Shown here: positions 1-12,200 of the stretch, one piece after another
How the letters are laid out: each line of letters starts with the position of its first letter
How positions within the stretch are numbered: position 1 is the first letter of the stretch
NCBI GenBank assembly: GCA_964482725.1
Contig: CAYZYT010000001.1
Coordinates: 86,318 to 150,317 of the forward strand
DNA from: an uncultured bacterium
GTDB taxonomy: Bacteria > Omnitrophota > Omnitrophia > Omnitrophales > Aquincolibacteriaceae
Reading direction: 5' to 3'
DNA length: 64,000 nucleotides
Made by a program: the position numbers and the translations under genes
Notes under the pieces: generated by a model
What the model saw: the letters and a program-made list of their open reading frames with translations, nothing else
The model's database searches: none
Told to the model about the DNA's origin: nothing

Positions 1-339
1 CAGAAGTTCGGCGTGATGGATCTTGGCGAGAGCCGCTGCAAAACTATCCGCATACGGAAGTTTCTGAAGAGCTTTATAGAGGGAAGCTTTCCGGGTGATC
101 GCCTCGTCGGCAGGAACAAGCTCGATGGGGAGAGTTTCGATAAGCTTCGCGACCTGCTCGGCCTTCTCAAGACCACACCGGCGGATCAGGATATAGTAAA
201 CTTCCCCCCAATTCACGATGCTCATAAGAAGACACTCGCCACGCTCCACGGCACCCGCGAAAGCGGTTTTCACCTTCTCGAATCCTTTTCCCCGTTCAAG
301 AAAAGTGATGAGAGCCGATGCGTCCAAAACCTTCGTCAT
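1..339 (-). CDS. vapC: PIN-domain ribonuclease toxin VapC. The CDS is partial: its 3' end lies beyond the window start. It was not in the ORF track because no stop codon falls inside the window.
   Basis: I translated the reverse complement of 1..339 by hand. It gives MTKVLDASALITFLERGKGFEKVKTAFAGAVERGECLLMSIVNWGEVYYIL..., a typical PIN/VapC N-terminus (DASALI). The ATG at 339..337 overlaps the stop codon of the upstream antitoxin ORF, as expected for translational coupling. Confidence 0.65.
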   Translation of the reverse strand, partial: MTKVLDASALITFLERGKGFEKVKTAFAGAVERGECLLMSIVNWGEVYYILIRRCGLEKAEQVAKLIETLPIELVPADEAITRKASLYKALQKLPYADSFAAALAKIHHAELL

Positions 340-578
340 GGCTTTTCTTCCCGATCTTTCTCCTGGCGCCGCGCCTGGAGCAGGTCCTTAAGCATCTGGC
401 CCTTGGAAGGAACGATTCCGGCCATCTGATCAAAATAATCCTCAGTGATAGGTTGAAGAATGACCTTTCCCTCGGATTCCACGATACAAAGCCGAGTCGC
501 CCGGGTAATGTTCAGACGTTTGCGGATCGCGGAAGGAATCACCACCTGGCCCTTAGTCGTCATAGAAGTGATCGTCAT
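336..578 (-). CDS. vapB: AbrB/MazE/SpoVT-type antitoxin (VapB-like)
   Basis: 80 aa. The motif TTKGQVVIPSAIRKRL is the swapped-hairpin motif of AbrB/MazE-type antitoxins. A GGAGGT RBS sits 8 nt upstream of the ATG at 578. The stop overlaps the PIN gene start. Confidence 0.8.
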   Translation of the reverse strand: MTITSMTTKGQVVIPSAIRKRLNITRATRLCIVESEGKVILQPITEDYFDQMAGIVPSKGQMLKDLLQARRQEKDREEKP

Positions 579-653
579 ATTTCTTACCTCCAGATATAAG
601 TATTACATATATCAAGAAGTAAGTCAACATTATGAAATTCTTACTTTACCCAA
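579..653. promoter_or_regulatory. AT-rich promoter/operator region of the vapBC pair. It contains an inverted repeat AGTAAG...CTTACT.
   Basis: Sequence ...agaagtaagtcaacattatgaaattcttacttta... lies immediately upstream of vapB. The inverted-repeat arms flank AT-rich spacers. Type II antitoxins typically autoregulate through such operators. Confidence 0.35.
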
Positions 654-1274
654 TTACCGGTTCCGGAGATAGGCTTTTTGTTTCACGGGATGGCGATCTT
701 CAAAGTAGGCGAGGTGTTTCTTGCCGGGGAATTTTCCGTTATAGGTGATAACGAGATCCGCCTGTGAAATATCCGAGGGGATATTATTGAAAACAAAAAA
801 GACACAATCGTGCTCCCCGTTCTCCCACACAAAGGGAAGCCTCTCCTTTTCTTTCGGGAACTCGAGTTCCGGCGCGAGCCCTTTTTCCATCGCCCCGTCA
901 TAGATCCTCGATGGCTCAAAGATTCGCGCCTCCTTCCCTGCCGGGGTCCGCTCGATCAACCGGATCCGGTCGACCTGAATCCTTGCCTGAGCTTTCGAGG
1001 ATGTCAGCTCAAAATTGAGACTTCCCGTCAGAACCGTTTGTGCGTCACCCTTTTTCCGTTCGCCCACGAGCATCCCGACGCCCATAAACACATCCCCGAT
1101 CGAAACATTCACAAGTCCCCCGCCTTTCTCGAAAGGGTACTGGATCTCCTCCACCACGACCGGCGTCGCATCCGAAGCGATCCCCACACCTCCCTGCGCT
1201 CGGAGATAGGCATACCCTCCGAAGAATACCAAGATTCCGATCAACCCCAAACACAAGATCTTAAAATAGGCCAT
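654..1274 (-). CDS. Hypothetical membrane-anchored protein with an N-terminal TM helix
   Basis: The ORF track gives 654..1337. The first ATG with a strong RBS (GGAGGTG, 5 nt upstream) is at 1274 (MAYFKILCLGLIGILVFFGGYAYL...). There is a single N-terminal hydrophobic helix followed by a soluble domain. I recognise no family. Confidence 0.55.
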   Translation of the reverse strand: MAYFKILCLGLIGILVFFGGYAYLRAQGGVGIASDATPVVVEEIQYPFEKGGGLVNVSIGDVFMGVGMLVGERKKGDAQTVLTGSLNFELTSSKAQARIQVDRIRLIERTPAGKEARIFEPSRIYDGAMEKGLAPELEFPKEKERLPFVWENGEHDCVFFVFNNIPSDISQADLVITYNGKFPGKKHLAYFEDRHPVKQKAYLRNR

Positions 1275-1319
1275 ACTCCACCTCCGTGAGTGTTTCCAGA
1301 CACAAAGATCAAGCGTCAC

Positions 1320-1406
1320 GAGAGAAAAAGAAATCAAAGTAACGGGACGCCGTCCGGGGGGAGACGTAAGGTGGTGTTAACCTCTCCCTGTGGACGGCGT
1401 CCGGTT
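1320..1406 (-). terminator. Rho-independent terminator-like hairpin downstream of the HEPN/MNT operon
   Basis: Two copies of the palindrome GGACGSCGTCC (1347..1357 and 1391..1401) form a long stem, roughly 1346..1367 paired with 1385..1406. In minus-strand orientation the stem is followed by a U-rich tract (CCGUUACUUUGAUUUCUUUUUCUCUC). Confidence 0.45.
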
Positions 1407-1429
1407 TACGGTTTACGCGATTTACTGAT

Positions 1430-1825
1430 TTAGACACGCGCCAGCTTAAAAACTTTTCGAACAAAGAACAGGTAATCGGCGACTTCCTTTTCCGTGATCA
1501 ATTCGCCACCGCCATAGAGGTCCTGGTTACGCTTCATCCGCATCCCGTTTCCGAAGGTCAGGATATCCGGATCTTTCAGTATCTCGCTCATCCGTTCCAG
1601 GATCTTTACATGATGCCCCGGTATACTGCGCACCTTCAAGCCTTCCCGGGCCAACAGGGCGATCCCAACCTTCATGAGCGCCTGAAAAGCATAAGTAAAA
1701 CGCACTTCTGGAAAACGATCTTTTTCCGCGATCTCCAGGTCCCGACGCGCACTCGCAAAACGCTTGCGAACCTCTTCTGGCAGAAACTTCTGCTTTTGGA
1801 AAAAATCTCCACCAGCGACTGTCAT
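1430..1825 (-). CDS. HEPN-domain protein, the toxin component of a HEPN/MNT toxin-antitoxin pair
   Basis: 131 aa, all-alpha sequence of the HEPN family. It lies immediately downstream of, and overlaps by 4 nt, a nucleotidyltransferase gene. This is the classic HEPN-MNT operon layout. Confidence 0.7.
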   Translation of the reverse strand: MTVAGGDFFQKQKFLPEEVRKRFASARRDLEIAEKDRFPEVRFTYAFQALMKVGIALLAREGLKVRSIPGHHVKILERMSEILKDPDILTFGNGMRMKRNQDLYGGGELITEKEVADYLFFVRKVFKLARV

Positions 1826-2364
1826 AAAAGTCGAATTTTCTTTTTACCAGCAAGGGATTTGAGAAACGGATCTTTCTTGAGTTTTTCTTTATATTCCTTC
1901 GACCCCATGCTGATCAGATTGATTTCACGATCCATTTCTTTCTGGAGCCCTGTAATGGCGCTCTGAAGCGCCAACGTGTCATGCCTCCCCACCACTAGAA
2001 GATCAATATCGCTCGCAGCATCCATGGTTCCTTTGGCATAAGAACCAAAAATAAAAGCTTGCTCGACCCCTTGAACTCCGGAAACTGCTTCACGAAGCTT
2101 TTGCTCAAAACCTATTGTCTTAAGCACGATCCCCCTATATTCCTTAAAAAGCGGATACTCGCGGTTCAAGGAGTAATAGCAGGCATTTGCGCTGTCGCGA
2201 CACTTGAGGATACCCTCCCCGGCAAGCGCCTTGAGCTTCCGGGACAGGTTCCCGTCATCCAGAGAAAATTTTCGGGCCATTTCATTGACATAGAGCTCCG
2301 CATCCTCATGGAGGAAAAGGTATCCCAAAACCGCCTTCGTTTCTTTCGCTCTCAAGCTGATCAT
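1822..2364 (-). CDS. Minimal nucleotidyltransferase (MNT) antitoxin with an N-terminal winged-HTH
   Basis: 180 aa. The C-terminal motif GSYAKGTMDAASDIDLLVVG is the GS-x9-D-x-D signature of the Pol-beta nucleotidyltransferase superfamily. The N-terminus (LGYLFLHEDAELYVNEMARKFSLDDGNLSRKLKALAGEGIL) resembles a MarR/ArsR-like HTH. Confidence 0.75.
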   Translation of the reverse strand: MISLRAKETKAVLGYLFLHEDAELYVNEMARKFSLDDGNLSRKLKALAGEGILKCRDSANACYYSLNREYPLFKEYRGIVLKTIGFEQKLREAVSGVQGVEQAFIFGSYAKGTMDAASDIDLLVVGRHDTLALQSAITGLQKEMDREINLISMGSKEYKEKLKKDPFLKSLAGKKKIRLL

Positions 2365-2380
2365 ATCAACCCTCCTCTGT

Positions 2381-2412
2381 TATAAGTTACAGTAATCACT
2401 GTAACTTATAAC
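2381..2412. promoter_or_regulatory. Perfect 32-bp palindrome (TTATAAGTTACAGT-AATC-ACTGTAACTTATAA) directly upstream of the MNT-HEPN operon. Candidate operator.
   Basis: The palindrome is read directly from the sequence. It lies between the stop of ORF 2423..2728 and the start of the MNT gene at 2364. The MNT protein carries an HTH, so autoregulation through this site is plausible. Confidence 0.5.
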
Positions 2413-2422
2413 AGAACTATTG

Positions 2423-2728
2423 TCAAACGCCACTTTCGAGCCCAAACTTTTCGAGCCGCTCTTTGAGGTGGTCCTGCACCTGCGGCAAAAGACTCCCGAA
2501 ATATTGATGATAAGGCCCCTGGCCCGCGAGCATATTATCCCGGGTCCAGGCAAGCATCTCCTTCTCCCAGGCCTCGTCACCCGTGATTTCCATCGTCCGC
2601 TGCACCACGGGATGAAGCATTACCCATCCGGATTCCCCAAAAGCCGCAAACACTTCCTCTTTTAGGACAAGCATCCTTTCGTAAGATTCCTTTGCCTCCC
2701 CAAACTTCCCCGCATGTTCAGCTAACAT
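2423..2728 (-). CDS. Hypothetical small protein (101 aa)
   Basis: ORF between the TPR gene and the TA module. No recognisable motifs. Acidic. Confidence 0.4.
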   Translation of the reverse strand: MLAEHAGKFGEAKESYERMLVLKEEVFAAFGESGWVMLHPVVQRTMEITGDEAWEKEMLAWTRDNMLAGQGPYHQYFGSLLPQVQDHLKERLEKFGLESGV

Positions 2729-2866
2729 CGCCTGCTTACCTAAACGGCGGATCTCCGTGTCCTCGAGAAGCTTTTTTTCTAAAAAATTTTTCTGGGACCC
2801 ATAATCAGCCCTGTAAAAATCACCGACTTTATCGGTCTGCTTCTTTTTGTTACCCTCTCCGGATTT

Positions 2867-3277
2867 TTACTCCTCAACCTTTCCCCCGCGCTTCTGCGCT
2901 TCGATCTTCTTGAGAAGACGCCGTTTTGTTTCTTCGTATTTCATTCGTCCAGGTAAGGTCAAATTCCTCCTCAGAAGCCAGTCGGTCTCCTCCATAGCCA
3001 AATAGTAATCACCGTTTTTCTCGTAAAATCTCAACAATGATCCCCTCGCGACCACTTCTGTGTCGTCGTTTTTCGCCATACGAAGAGCTTTTTTATAACA
3101 ATCAAGCGCCTCCTGCTTTTTTCCGCTCAAAGCTAATTGGTCGCCCTCATTTAATAAAGAGTAATATTTTACTAAAAGGCTTTCCGTTGTCTCAGTGGAC
3201 GCTGACACAGCAAAGCCTTCTACAGCAAAAAAAAGAATAAGAAATACGATTGAACTCTTACTATATATTTCCTTCAT
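2867..3277 (-). CDS. TPR-like secreted protein or lipoprotein, translationally coupled to the giant protein
   Basis: 136 aa. N-terminal signal peptide (MKEIYSKSSIVFLILFFAVEGFAVSA) followed by helical TPR-like repeats (ALDCYKKALRMAKNDD..., LLRFYEKNGDYYLAMEE). Its start overlaps the giant gene's stop by 4 nt. Confidence 0.6.
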   Translation of the reverse strand: MKEIYSKSSIVFLILFFAVEGFAVSASTETTESLLVKYYSLLNEGDQLALSGKKQEALDCYKKALRMAKNDDTEVVARGSLLRFYEKNGDYYLAMEETDWLLRRNLTLPGRMKYEETKRRLLKKIEAQKRGGKVEE

Positions 3278-6200
3278 CCTTCTAACCTCGATTCGAATAG
3301 AATGGGATCTATTGAATAAACTTTTCTTGTATCATCGTAGCTAACACCCATCCTTCCGCCATTAAGAAGATCGAAAAGCTGAACGACATTCGATGATGCA
3401 AGGCTTAGCTCTCTCATAAATAAGCTCGTTTTTCGGGCGATCTCACGCTCTTCGGCGCTGCCGTACTCAAAAGAGGAATCATAGCTGAAATCGTCGTGCC
3501 CGGCACCCAGGATTTCGATATTGCACTGATTGGGAAGCGCCGTGACATTCCCATTTTCGTCCACGATCTTAAAATCGCGCTGATCCAGAAGGGGCACTGC
3601 AAGACCGGGCTTCACACCACGCACGCGAACAAGCGTCTCAAGATAAGGATCATCGATAATCGCGTCTCCCACATACGGTCCCTCATAAACGACAAGCGTC
3701 TTGATCCGGGAACGATAGTCGTCCGGCATATGCTCCAACGCTTCGATCATAGGCTGAAAATTCCCCGAATGCGAAAAATGGGTGAACTTCATATTGGGAT
3801 CAAGGCCAAATTCCCGCTGGTTCAATTCGATAAGATCAACATAACTCTTCAATTCCCTTTCGATCTCATCGCGCATAAAATTGCACCCGAACCAGGTATC
3901 GGCCATCCACCGGAACACATTCCCAACGAGCGAGGTCTCTTCATAGAGCGTCACGGGAAGTGAACTCGTTGTAAGTATATTCCCATGCCGGTCACGGGCG
4001 ATGTTCCCGTCCGAATCAAAAAGCACGATGCCCGGAGTGCCCTTTTCCGCCTGGTCTGACTTAAGATCATTGATGAACTCCATGATGAGACCAGGGACAG
4101 CGTCGGGTGATTGATGCGTATTCCAGAATCCATTGCCGAATATAAACGCTACCAGCTGAGCTACGGATTCGGAGGAAAGATTCGTATTAAAATTATAAAA
4201 GAGCGGGTTCAGGTCCTGGAGGTCCGGTGCGATCGAAAAATCAAACGTGAATCGACCGTCTGCCGTCAGATAATGAGAAATCCCAAGATTATAATTGGTG
4301 AACTCAATAGCTCCGGAGGCATTGAACGATAGACGTCCGTATGTTTCCCCCGTCCAATCCCGGAACGAGATCTCCCGAACCAGGCCCTTGGGATCGAGAA
4401 GATCCCGGCGAGTCGTTCCATCAGGCATCCGTTCCTCGACAATCACTTGGATGATCCTTCCCTCCTCATCAACATCCCAACGGATGAGGCGCGGCTTACG
4501 ACCGTTGGAGTATTCCTCATAAATAGCGCGGATCTCAAGCCGTGTCCCTCTGGGGACATAAATAAAATTAATCGTCTTACCGTTCTTCGCCAGCTTCAGC
4601 AGCTTCGCGGACTCGCCCGCATAGATGATATCATCGGCAGAAGGCATTCCCCGCTCGATCCACTGGCTCAAACTCTCCCCGGCGCCCGTAAACTCCTGCA
4701 ACGCTTCCCGCGTAAACAGAGCGATCGCATACTGCTCGAGGCCTTCCGAAAAACCAAGATCTCGGATCGAGCCAAAAAGCTGCGCCAACATGGCCGGATC
4801 CAAAGAATGATAAATCGATTCGTCTACGGATTTGATAAGACTGTCGACAACGCTAAACCGCGTTGGCGAGGCTATGAAATCTCCGAAAAGGCCCGCGACG
4901 ACCCGGCTGGAAAAAGAACCGAGAAGCGAATCATCAAGGCCCCACCGAGCCATCAAAAACTCCGCGCTTACAGAGAGAACACCCCCCAAAGTTTCTCGGC
5001 TCAAAACAGCCTCTTTGATGAAGCCGAAGATCCCGGACGGATTAAAATCGATGGAACCGTTCCCCAGGAAAGCACCGGCAATATTTTCGGTGATGGCGGC
5101 GATCGGGGATCCTAATAATCGCATCAACCGGGGATCGAAGCCCATGGATCGGCTGACGAGTTCGAGACCGCCCAAGGTGAGTTGGGAAGCCATATGGGGA
5201 GCGATCTGGAGAAGACCGGCTTTGAGTGTAAGACTTGGATCAAAAAAAGCGGTTAAGCTCTGCGTGGCAACCAGAGAAAGGAGATTCGCGAACGGCGGGG
5301 CAAGGCCTCTTCTGAGCGCGATTTCGGAAACGCCCTGCATCGCAAGATGTTGAAGCCCTGCGTGCATAAAACTCGATGTGGCACTGCCAAGCCCTAAAAA
5401 TCCACCTCCCACAAAAGCTCCGGCAAGCTGCGTAAGCCTCGAATCCAGGCCCAATCCCTCAAGCCCTTTGGAAACACCGATCGTCAGCCCTGCCGCAACA
5501 AGCTGACGGGCCACATTCTGCGCAAAACTGAATGCATAGCCGGTCGTCACACCCTCCTTGATAATGGCCTGGGCAGGCGCTAACAAAAAATCCTTCACTT
5601 TGATAAGCCCGGACCCGATCGCATTCAATCCGCCTGAAAAACATTCCTTCAGAAAAACAAAGCCATTCTGAAAAAACCGGCCGACATAGGTCACGGAGTC
5701 CCAGAGCATCTTGCTGATATATAGAAAGCCCTGCTTGATCGTCTCAAAAACAGATTGTTGAGCAATACTCGAAAAAACCGCCTGCATCCCTTGAACGATA
5801 AACCCGCCGAGTCCGGCCACGATCCCGAGGATCCCCGCCACAAGCGCCGCATAGCCAAGGATTTTTCCGAATGCCGGGCTAAAGATCGAAACCACCCCAC
5901 TTGCGGCGGTCAACACAAGCGAAGCCACGAAAAAAAAGATGAACCAAAAAGCCCCTCGGATCTCCATAGCCTCCTGGTCCGAAAGTGCTTTCTCGAGAAT
6001 TGCCTGCTCTTCGGAAACCAGCAAAGGCCCGGCATTGTCTTCTGAAACCCAGACCTTGAGGAATTGTTCTTTCGTGATCGTCACCGATTCACCGTCCGTG
6101 CCCTTGCCTGCCTCCCGGTAAGTCACCTCGGCATCCGTCACTTTTTCAAGCATCACAAAATGATCTTCCCCGATATGCGCGATCATTCTCAAAGTGCAGG

Positions 6201-9200
6201 CACCGGCGGAAGACCCGCAAGCGGATCGATACATCGATCGAAGATCCTCGAAAGTGTATTTCCCCGCAGAGAAATTCCGGGCGTGGATCGCCGCCGTCCG
6301 GTCCAAGGCGAACAGGGAGATCAAAAGATCGCCTTCGGAGAATTTATGGATCACGCCCGTCAGAATATCGATCAAGATCGCTTCTTTCGCGATCACGTCC
6401 ATCGACACGTTCACGCCCTTCGAGGCCAACATCGCCTGGAGCGAAAGAAACGCTGACTGGCCAAAGTGAAGATCTCGGCTCCGCAACCATCCGAGGATCT
6501 TTTCCGTATCTTGTCGGGTGAGACTGACCGCTTCGGAAGGATCGAGTTTCAAATTTTGCAATAATTGCGCCCGAACCTCCAGAGACGCTGTCAGATATTC
6601 TTCCAGAAAGCTTTGGACCGCCCCGAGAATGGCCGCTTTTTGAGCCTCGCGCGTCGCCTTTTCCGAAGAATTTTGAAGTTCACTCCTGAGCGTCTCCGTA
6701 TCAAGCCGGCCCGCCGTCTTTGAACGGTTCACCCATTCATCGAATTCCTGCCGGGAGGCATCACGGCCGAGGATCCTTCTGAAAAAGTCCGTGATAATCG
6801 GTTCTATCTCCTGACGCAGAACATCCAGAAGGAACTCCTGTTTTTTTTGTTCCAGCTCCTGCCTTTTTTCGGCAGTCGCCTGTTCGATCTCCGATTTTTT
6901 GGATGCGACCGCGCCCGGGATCTCGGCCAACTGCATTTCACCGACCGCTATAAGTTCGGATCGCTGACCTGCCAAACGATTGATCGCATCCTGGATGCCC
7001 GGGACTTCGAACGTTTCTTCATGGCAGGATTTCCAAAAAACAAAACTACGGCATGTTTTTACATTCCGGAAACGCTGCGCTTGCAAGACTGCGATCTGAG
7101 TTGAGATCTGCCGCGCCCCGGCCTCCACGCTTTCTTTGATCTGCAAACGCGCGGCTTCATCCTGCCCGGCCAGACGATAATATGCGTCAAATTTCGCCTG
7201 CTCGATCTGCTGCTGAAACCTTTGGGATTCGGCTTCAAAATCACTGCGAGCTTTCACAAGCGTGATCTTCTTCAAGACTGCCTCGTTAGAATCCTGGCAT
7301 CCTCCCACCGGGCATTCATATTCATGGACCGCCACAAGATCGCCGACCGTGTTATAAGTCTCCCGGATCTTTCCGAACTCATAATAGGCTTTCATGCCAT
7401 CGATACGGCTCGTATAAATGATCTGCCCTTGAGCATCGTAAACCGTGGTGCTTTGCGTATCCTGAGACACCTTAAGTTTTTGGTAGCGCTCCAAAAATGG
7501 GCTGTAGGCCTCCGGGACCGCCAACGGGATATTCAATAACATCGGGGTATTTAAAAACAGAGGTTTTGTTTCCCCCGAGACAACAACCGTCTCGCTCCTT
7601 TCCTCTACAGTCGAAAAGAAACCCACCCCTGTCTTCTCGCGACCTTGGCCCATACCAAGCCCTTGGGCACCGAAAAAAGTCCATGGGCTGTTCGAGACCG
7701 ACGCCTGACGGATCTGCGCGGCACCCAACCCTTCCAAAAGCGTCAAGATTTCGTTACCGGCTTGTGAAAAGGAGCCGTCGGAAACCGCCATCGCGACCGC
7801 TTCGCCGGGTTTGATCCCTAAAAGAAAATTCTTGATCCTTGCGCGATCTCCGGACGATCCAAAACTTCCGGCGCAAAGATCCCACTGGTTCATCCCCGCC
7901 TTATAGACAGCAAACAAAAACCCGTTCCCCTCATGTTGGGCAATCTCTTGACCGCTCTCATCAAAAAGTTTCTGCGTTGTATCCGAAACAAGTTTCACTT
8001 CTTTTGGGAATGGAACTCCGTTGAACGCGATTTGGGACCGCTCGAAATGCGTATAGCCCGTCACGAGGCCAAGCGCATCCAAGACATACGAAAAAGTGTG
8101 CGTAACCCCGCTCGCGGATTCCGTCTTTGTGAGACGACCTGCGGTGTCATAGCTAAAAAACCATTCGCCGATCTTCAGTCGGATGCCGGTCCATCGATCC
8201 ATCTCGTCTTGTAAAAGCTCGTAAGTTTCCGCTTCAGGAAGAGCAATGGTGAAAAGCTGTCCATCCGGAAAACGCCCCCGGACCGGCACAGAGCGCTCGA
8301 TCTCCAGGATCAATCCGTCCGGAAACTGGATCTGCCCACTCAGGATATTCTGGTCGGAATCGAACGAAAGATTGACTCCATGCCCCCCGCCGGCAAGGGT
8401 CACCTCGCCGGTCCCATCCCTTTTGAAATCAAAAAGAACCTGCGACCCGTCCTGAGCCTCATACCCGATCAGATTCACCGCGCGCAATCCTGTCGCAGAG
8501 AAAAGTCTGGCAGGAAGGTCCTCTTCCGAAAAGCTCGCCTCCGGACCAGGCGCTTGTGTGTAGTCGGAATATTCATACAAGAAACCGTCCTTCGTAAGAT
8601 GCTTGATCAAGTCCCCATTTGAATCATAGAACCATGTCGTTCCTCGCTCATCCGTCACTTGTGTTCCGTCCCCAACAAAAGCATATTGCGTGCTGTTGAG
8701 GGCACGGCTGTTATAGGTCATTTGAGCGCCGATCAATTTCCCGTTCTCGTAGCTATAGCGCGTCTGAAGTTGATCCGGATCGGTCGCCGAAAGAAGTTTC
8801 CCGTCCTTGAACCGGCGTTCTTCTCCGCTTAGCCCATCCTTAAAAACGGTGATCTCTTGGCCGTCTGCATCAAATTCATAAAATAAAAGATATTCGCGAC
8901 CATCCGTCTGGATGATCTTTTGGAGGGCGCCATAGTGATAGTTGATCGTCCCCCCCGTAGACGTTTCACCAGGCGCCCCGATCGTTCCCTGCGACGAGTT
9001 GCCCGACACGGCATACTCGTGAACGGTTCCATCCGGCAAGGTCATGCGACTGACATTTTGTCCCCGAAGCTCCACCTGCGTTCCGTCGAGACGTTTAAAA
9101 TTAACAAGCTCACCGTCCCCCTCAAGGACATTTTGATAGTTCAAAACGGTGGGAATATCCAACAGCTCGGCCAGCGGCGGATAAACAACCGGAGTTTTTG

Positions 9201-12200
9201 AAGCAATGGCGGCCCCGACAGAAGTCAGCTGCATGAATTCGATCCGGAGACTCTTGAGTTTGCTAGCGAGAATCCCGGCAGGGCCTTCCCACAGAGGGTG
9301 ATCCATTTTTTTTAAAGCCAGGTAGGAAATATCCTTGATATAAAAAGCACCTGTTTTCCCCACTCCCGAAGACTGGCGAAAAACTTCGATCGTTACTTCC
9401 GCCTCCACCCCGGCCTTGTAAACCAATGGAAAATCGAATGTCTGGTAATCACTTCGGGTAGCGTCCACCTGAAAAGAATAAAGGGTAGACTGCTCGGAGG
9501 TCTTGAGTGTTAGTTGCAAAGTCTGGTTCCAATCCATCGAGGGATCTTTTTTGATCGTAAGAGTTAAAAAATCATAGTTTTCAATATTGACGGGAGTTGC
9601 GACATGCCGTGCAGACATTCCCAAAACGGGGCCGTTCAGATCCTGATAGTTGAATTGATAGCGCGCCAATGCGCCATCCCCAAAATCCCCCTCCACGGCC
9701 TGGGTAAGCTCACCGGGAGGAAGAGTTCCGGCACTAAAACCGACCACCGCATCCGCTCTTTCGAGCACATTGACAGGCGGTTCTTCCAAAATATGTGTTT
9801 TTTCGATCACGCGATCCGGCCGCTGCAGATACTCCGAAAGCTTCATGTATCGAGAGACGGTCTTCGAAGTCCCTGTTTGAGGATCCGGGACGGTTTCGAA
9901 AAAGCGAGCAAACGCGTTCGTGACCCTGCCCCCGGTAGGATCCAGATAATACGAGAAATAGGTGATCCCGTTCTGCGGGGTTTCAATGGCCTCTATGAGA
10001 TCCTTAGAATAAAAGACTTTTACGCCGCCTCCGACATCGGTCCCTTGCGATCCTGTCTGATCAATATCAAACCCGCCCCCTCCGACAAGCGCCACATGGG
10101 CCTTCGCGAGGTTCCCGTCATCGGCAAAAACAATGTCCGTCAGAGTGGCTGTGTCGGTTTGAATGGCATGGATTTGGCCTTGCTCAAAATCAACAACATA
10201 GCCGTCCTCCACAAGAGTTGTGAGTTGACCGCTCGCATCAAAGATCTTTTTACAGTCATTATCCTGGACGACAAAAGAACGGATCTCGCCCCGAAAACTC
10301 TGGTCGTAATAGAACCGTCCCGTTTCTAGTTTTCCGCGGGCCAGATCGATCACGAATGTCGCAAGCCCATTTTCAAAAAGGACCGTCCGACCGTTCCGGA
10401 ACACCCATTTCACGAGTTGTCCCTTTTGAAAATACTGGATCCCCCCGTCCGCCCGTCTGAGGACTCCCTGCACCAGCTTTCCATCCGAATCGACCGTAAA
10501 ATTCTCGAGAGTCTCCTTCTGCGCATAACCGCTTTCATAGCTGGCCTGATCGATAATCTTCTGCTGGATCAACGCACGGATCTCGGTTTCCGTCCTCCCG
10601 AGCAAAAGCTCCCATTGAATTTCATTTGAAGTTCTGACTTTCAAAGCTGAAAGTGGCCCCAGGAACAGATCGCCCGCGATAGGATTGCCGTCAAGGGGCT
10701 GGATCGAGATGGCCAGCTGGCTCATGGCGCCGGCAGGTTTCGGGATCGGAATGGAAATATACTGCCAGTCATAGGACAACGCACCCGTCAGGAAAACCTC
10801 GCCCATTCCCTTGAATTCGAATTTCAACCGAACATTTTCGGGCGTCCCGGGCGACAGCTTGACCGGGACAGAAAGAAAATCATATCCGGAAAGATCGAAT
10901 CCCGGGTAATTCGCCCAGATTCCCACGGGCTTCCCTGCCGACCGAAAATCAAAACTCAGATGCCTTACCTCCCCAAGACTGAGATCCATGGCGAGCATGC
11001 TCATCAAATGCCCCGACCCCGGCGTATAGAAAACTCCCTGGGACGAAGCTCGGTTTAAAATATCGCGTTGCAACCCGCCCAAAAGCGCGGTCGCGGAACC
11101 CGCGTGTTTTGGAGAAAGGCAATATTCCTGCAAATTGATCCTCCGGAGATTCTCTCCTTCCCCAAACTCGATCTCAACGTGATGGAATTTTCCACTCGGG
11201 GTCAAATAATTGAACACGCGCCCTGCTCCCCATTCCGGATCCACCAGCACAGGGACAAAAGCCTGTTGCTTGATGAGCCCCGCAGAAAGTCCATCCGGCA
11301 TGGCACTCGACCCGTCATAAAGCGGGGTCACAGTCTCGCCAAAATCAGGAGGCGGCAAGTTCGTTCGAATCGCAGGATTTAATTTGAAACTCAATCCTTG
11401 ATAAAGGGCATCAAAAGAGGATCGGACACCTGTCCGTCCCAGATATTTTTGAAAATAATTCCGGCTTGTATTCAGAAGGGAAAGAATAAAAGACGCCTGA
11501 TCCACACCGTAATACTGGTCGGAATAGACGGGGACCGTACTCATCACGGTTTCTCCGGTCTGGGGATCCTCCCGGGAAACTTTCCGGAGCTGGATCGCAT
11601 CAACAAAACCCGCGCCGGTCCGCATCTCCGGAAAATGAGACTCCATGTTTTTCAAAAATTGGAGTGTATAATGCGGCGCCAACGGAAAAGCGGCCGCGGT
11701 CCCATAAACAGACCCAGTATCCGTCCTTAAGAGATCGTCCGTTTCTGCAGCTCCGGGCAATCCTATCTTCCCCTGATAACCCTGCAACGGCACATCGCCG
11801 GCCGAAAGAAGACCCGGGATCCCCTGCGTGTTGACATATTCCGCTTGAGCGTAGAGAAAATTCCTCAGAGCGACTTCAAATTCCGGATATTGTGTTTCGT
11901 CCGCATGGATAAGCGGCCAGAACATCTGAAAGGCACCTCCGTCATAGGGCGTCGCCACATCGATCGTATCCCCGCTTTGAGTCTTAAAGGGACGGATCGC
12001 TATGTCCAGGTTCTTTAACGCGTCCTGGTATTGCGGATATTTTGCCGCAAGCCAGATCATTCCAGTCCTGAATTCGTTAAAAACACGGTCAATGTAATAA
12101 TTATTGATGAAATTCCATTGCCTTGTCCCCGCATCGAGGCCATACGCCCCGTGAAAACGTTTTTTACCAGGATCATAAAAAGCTGCATAGCCGGGTTCCT

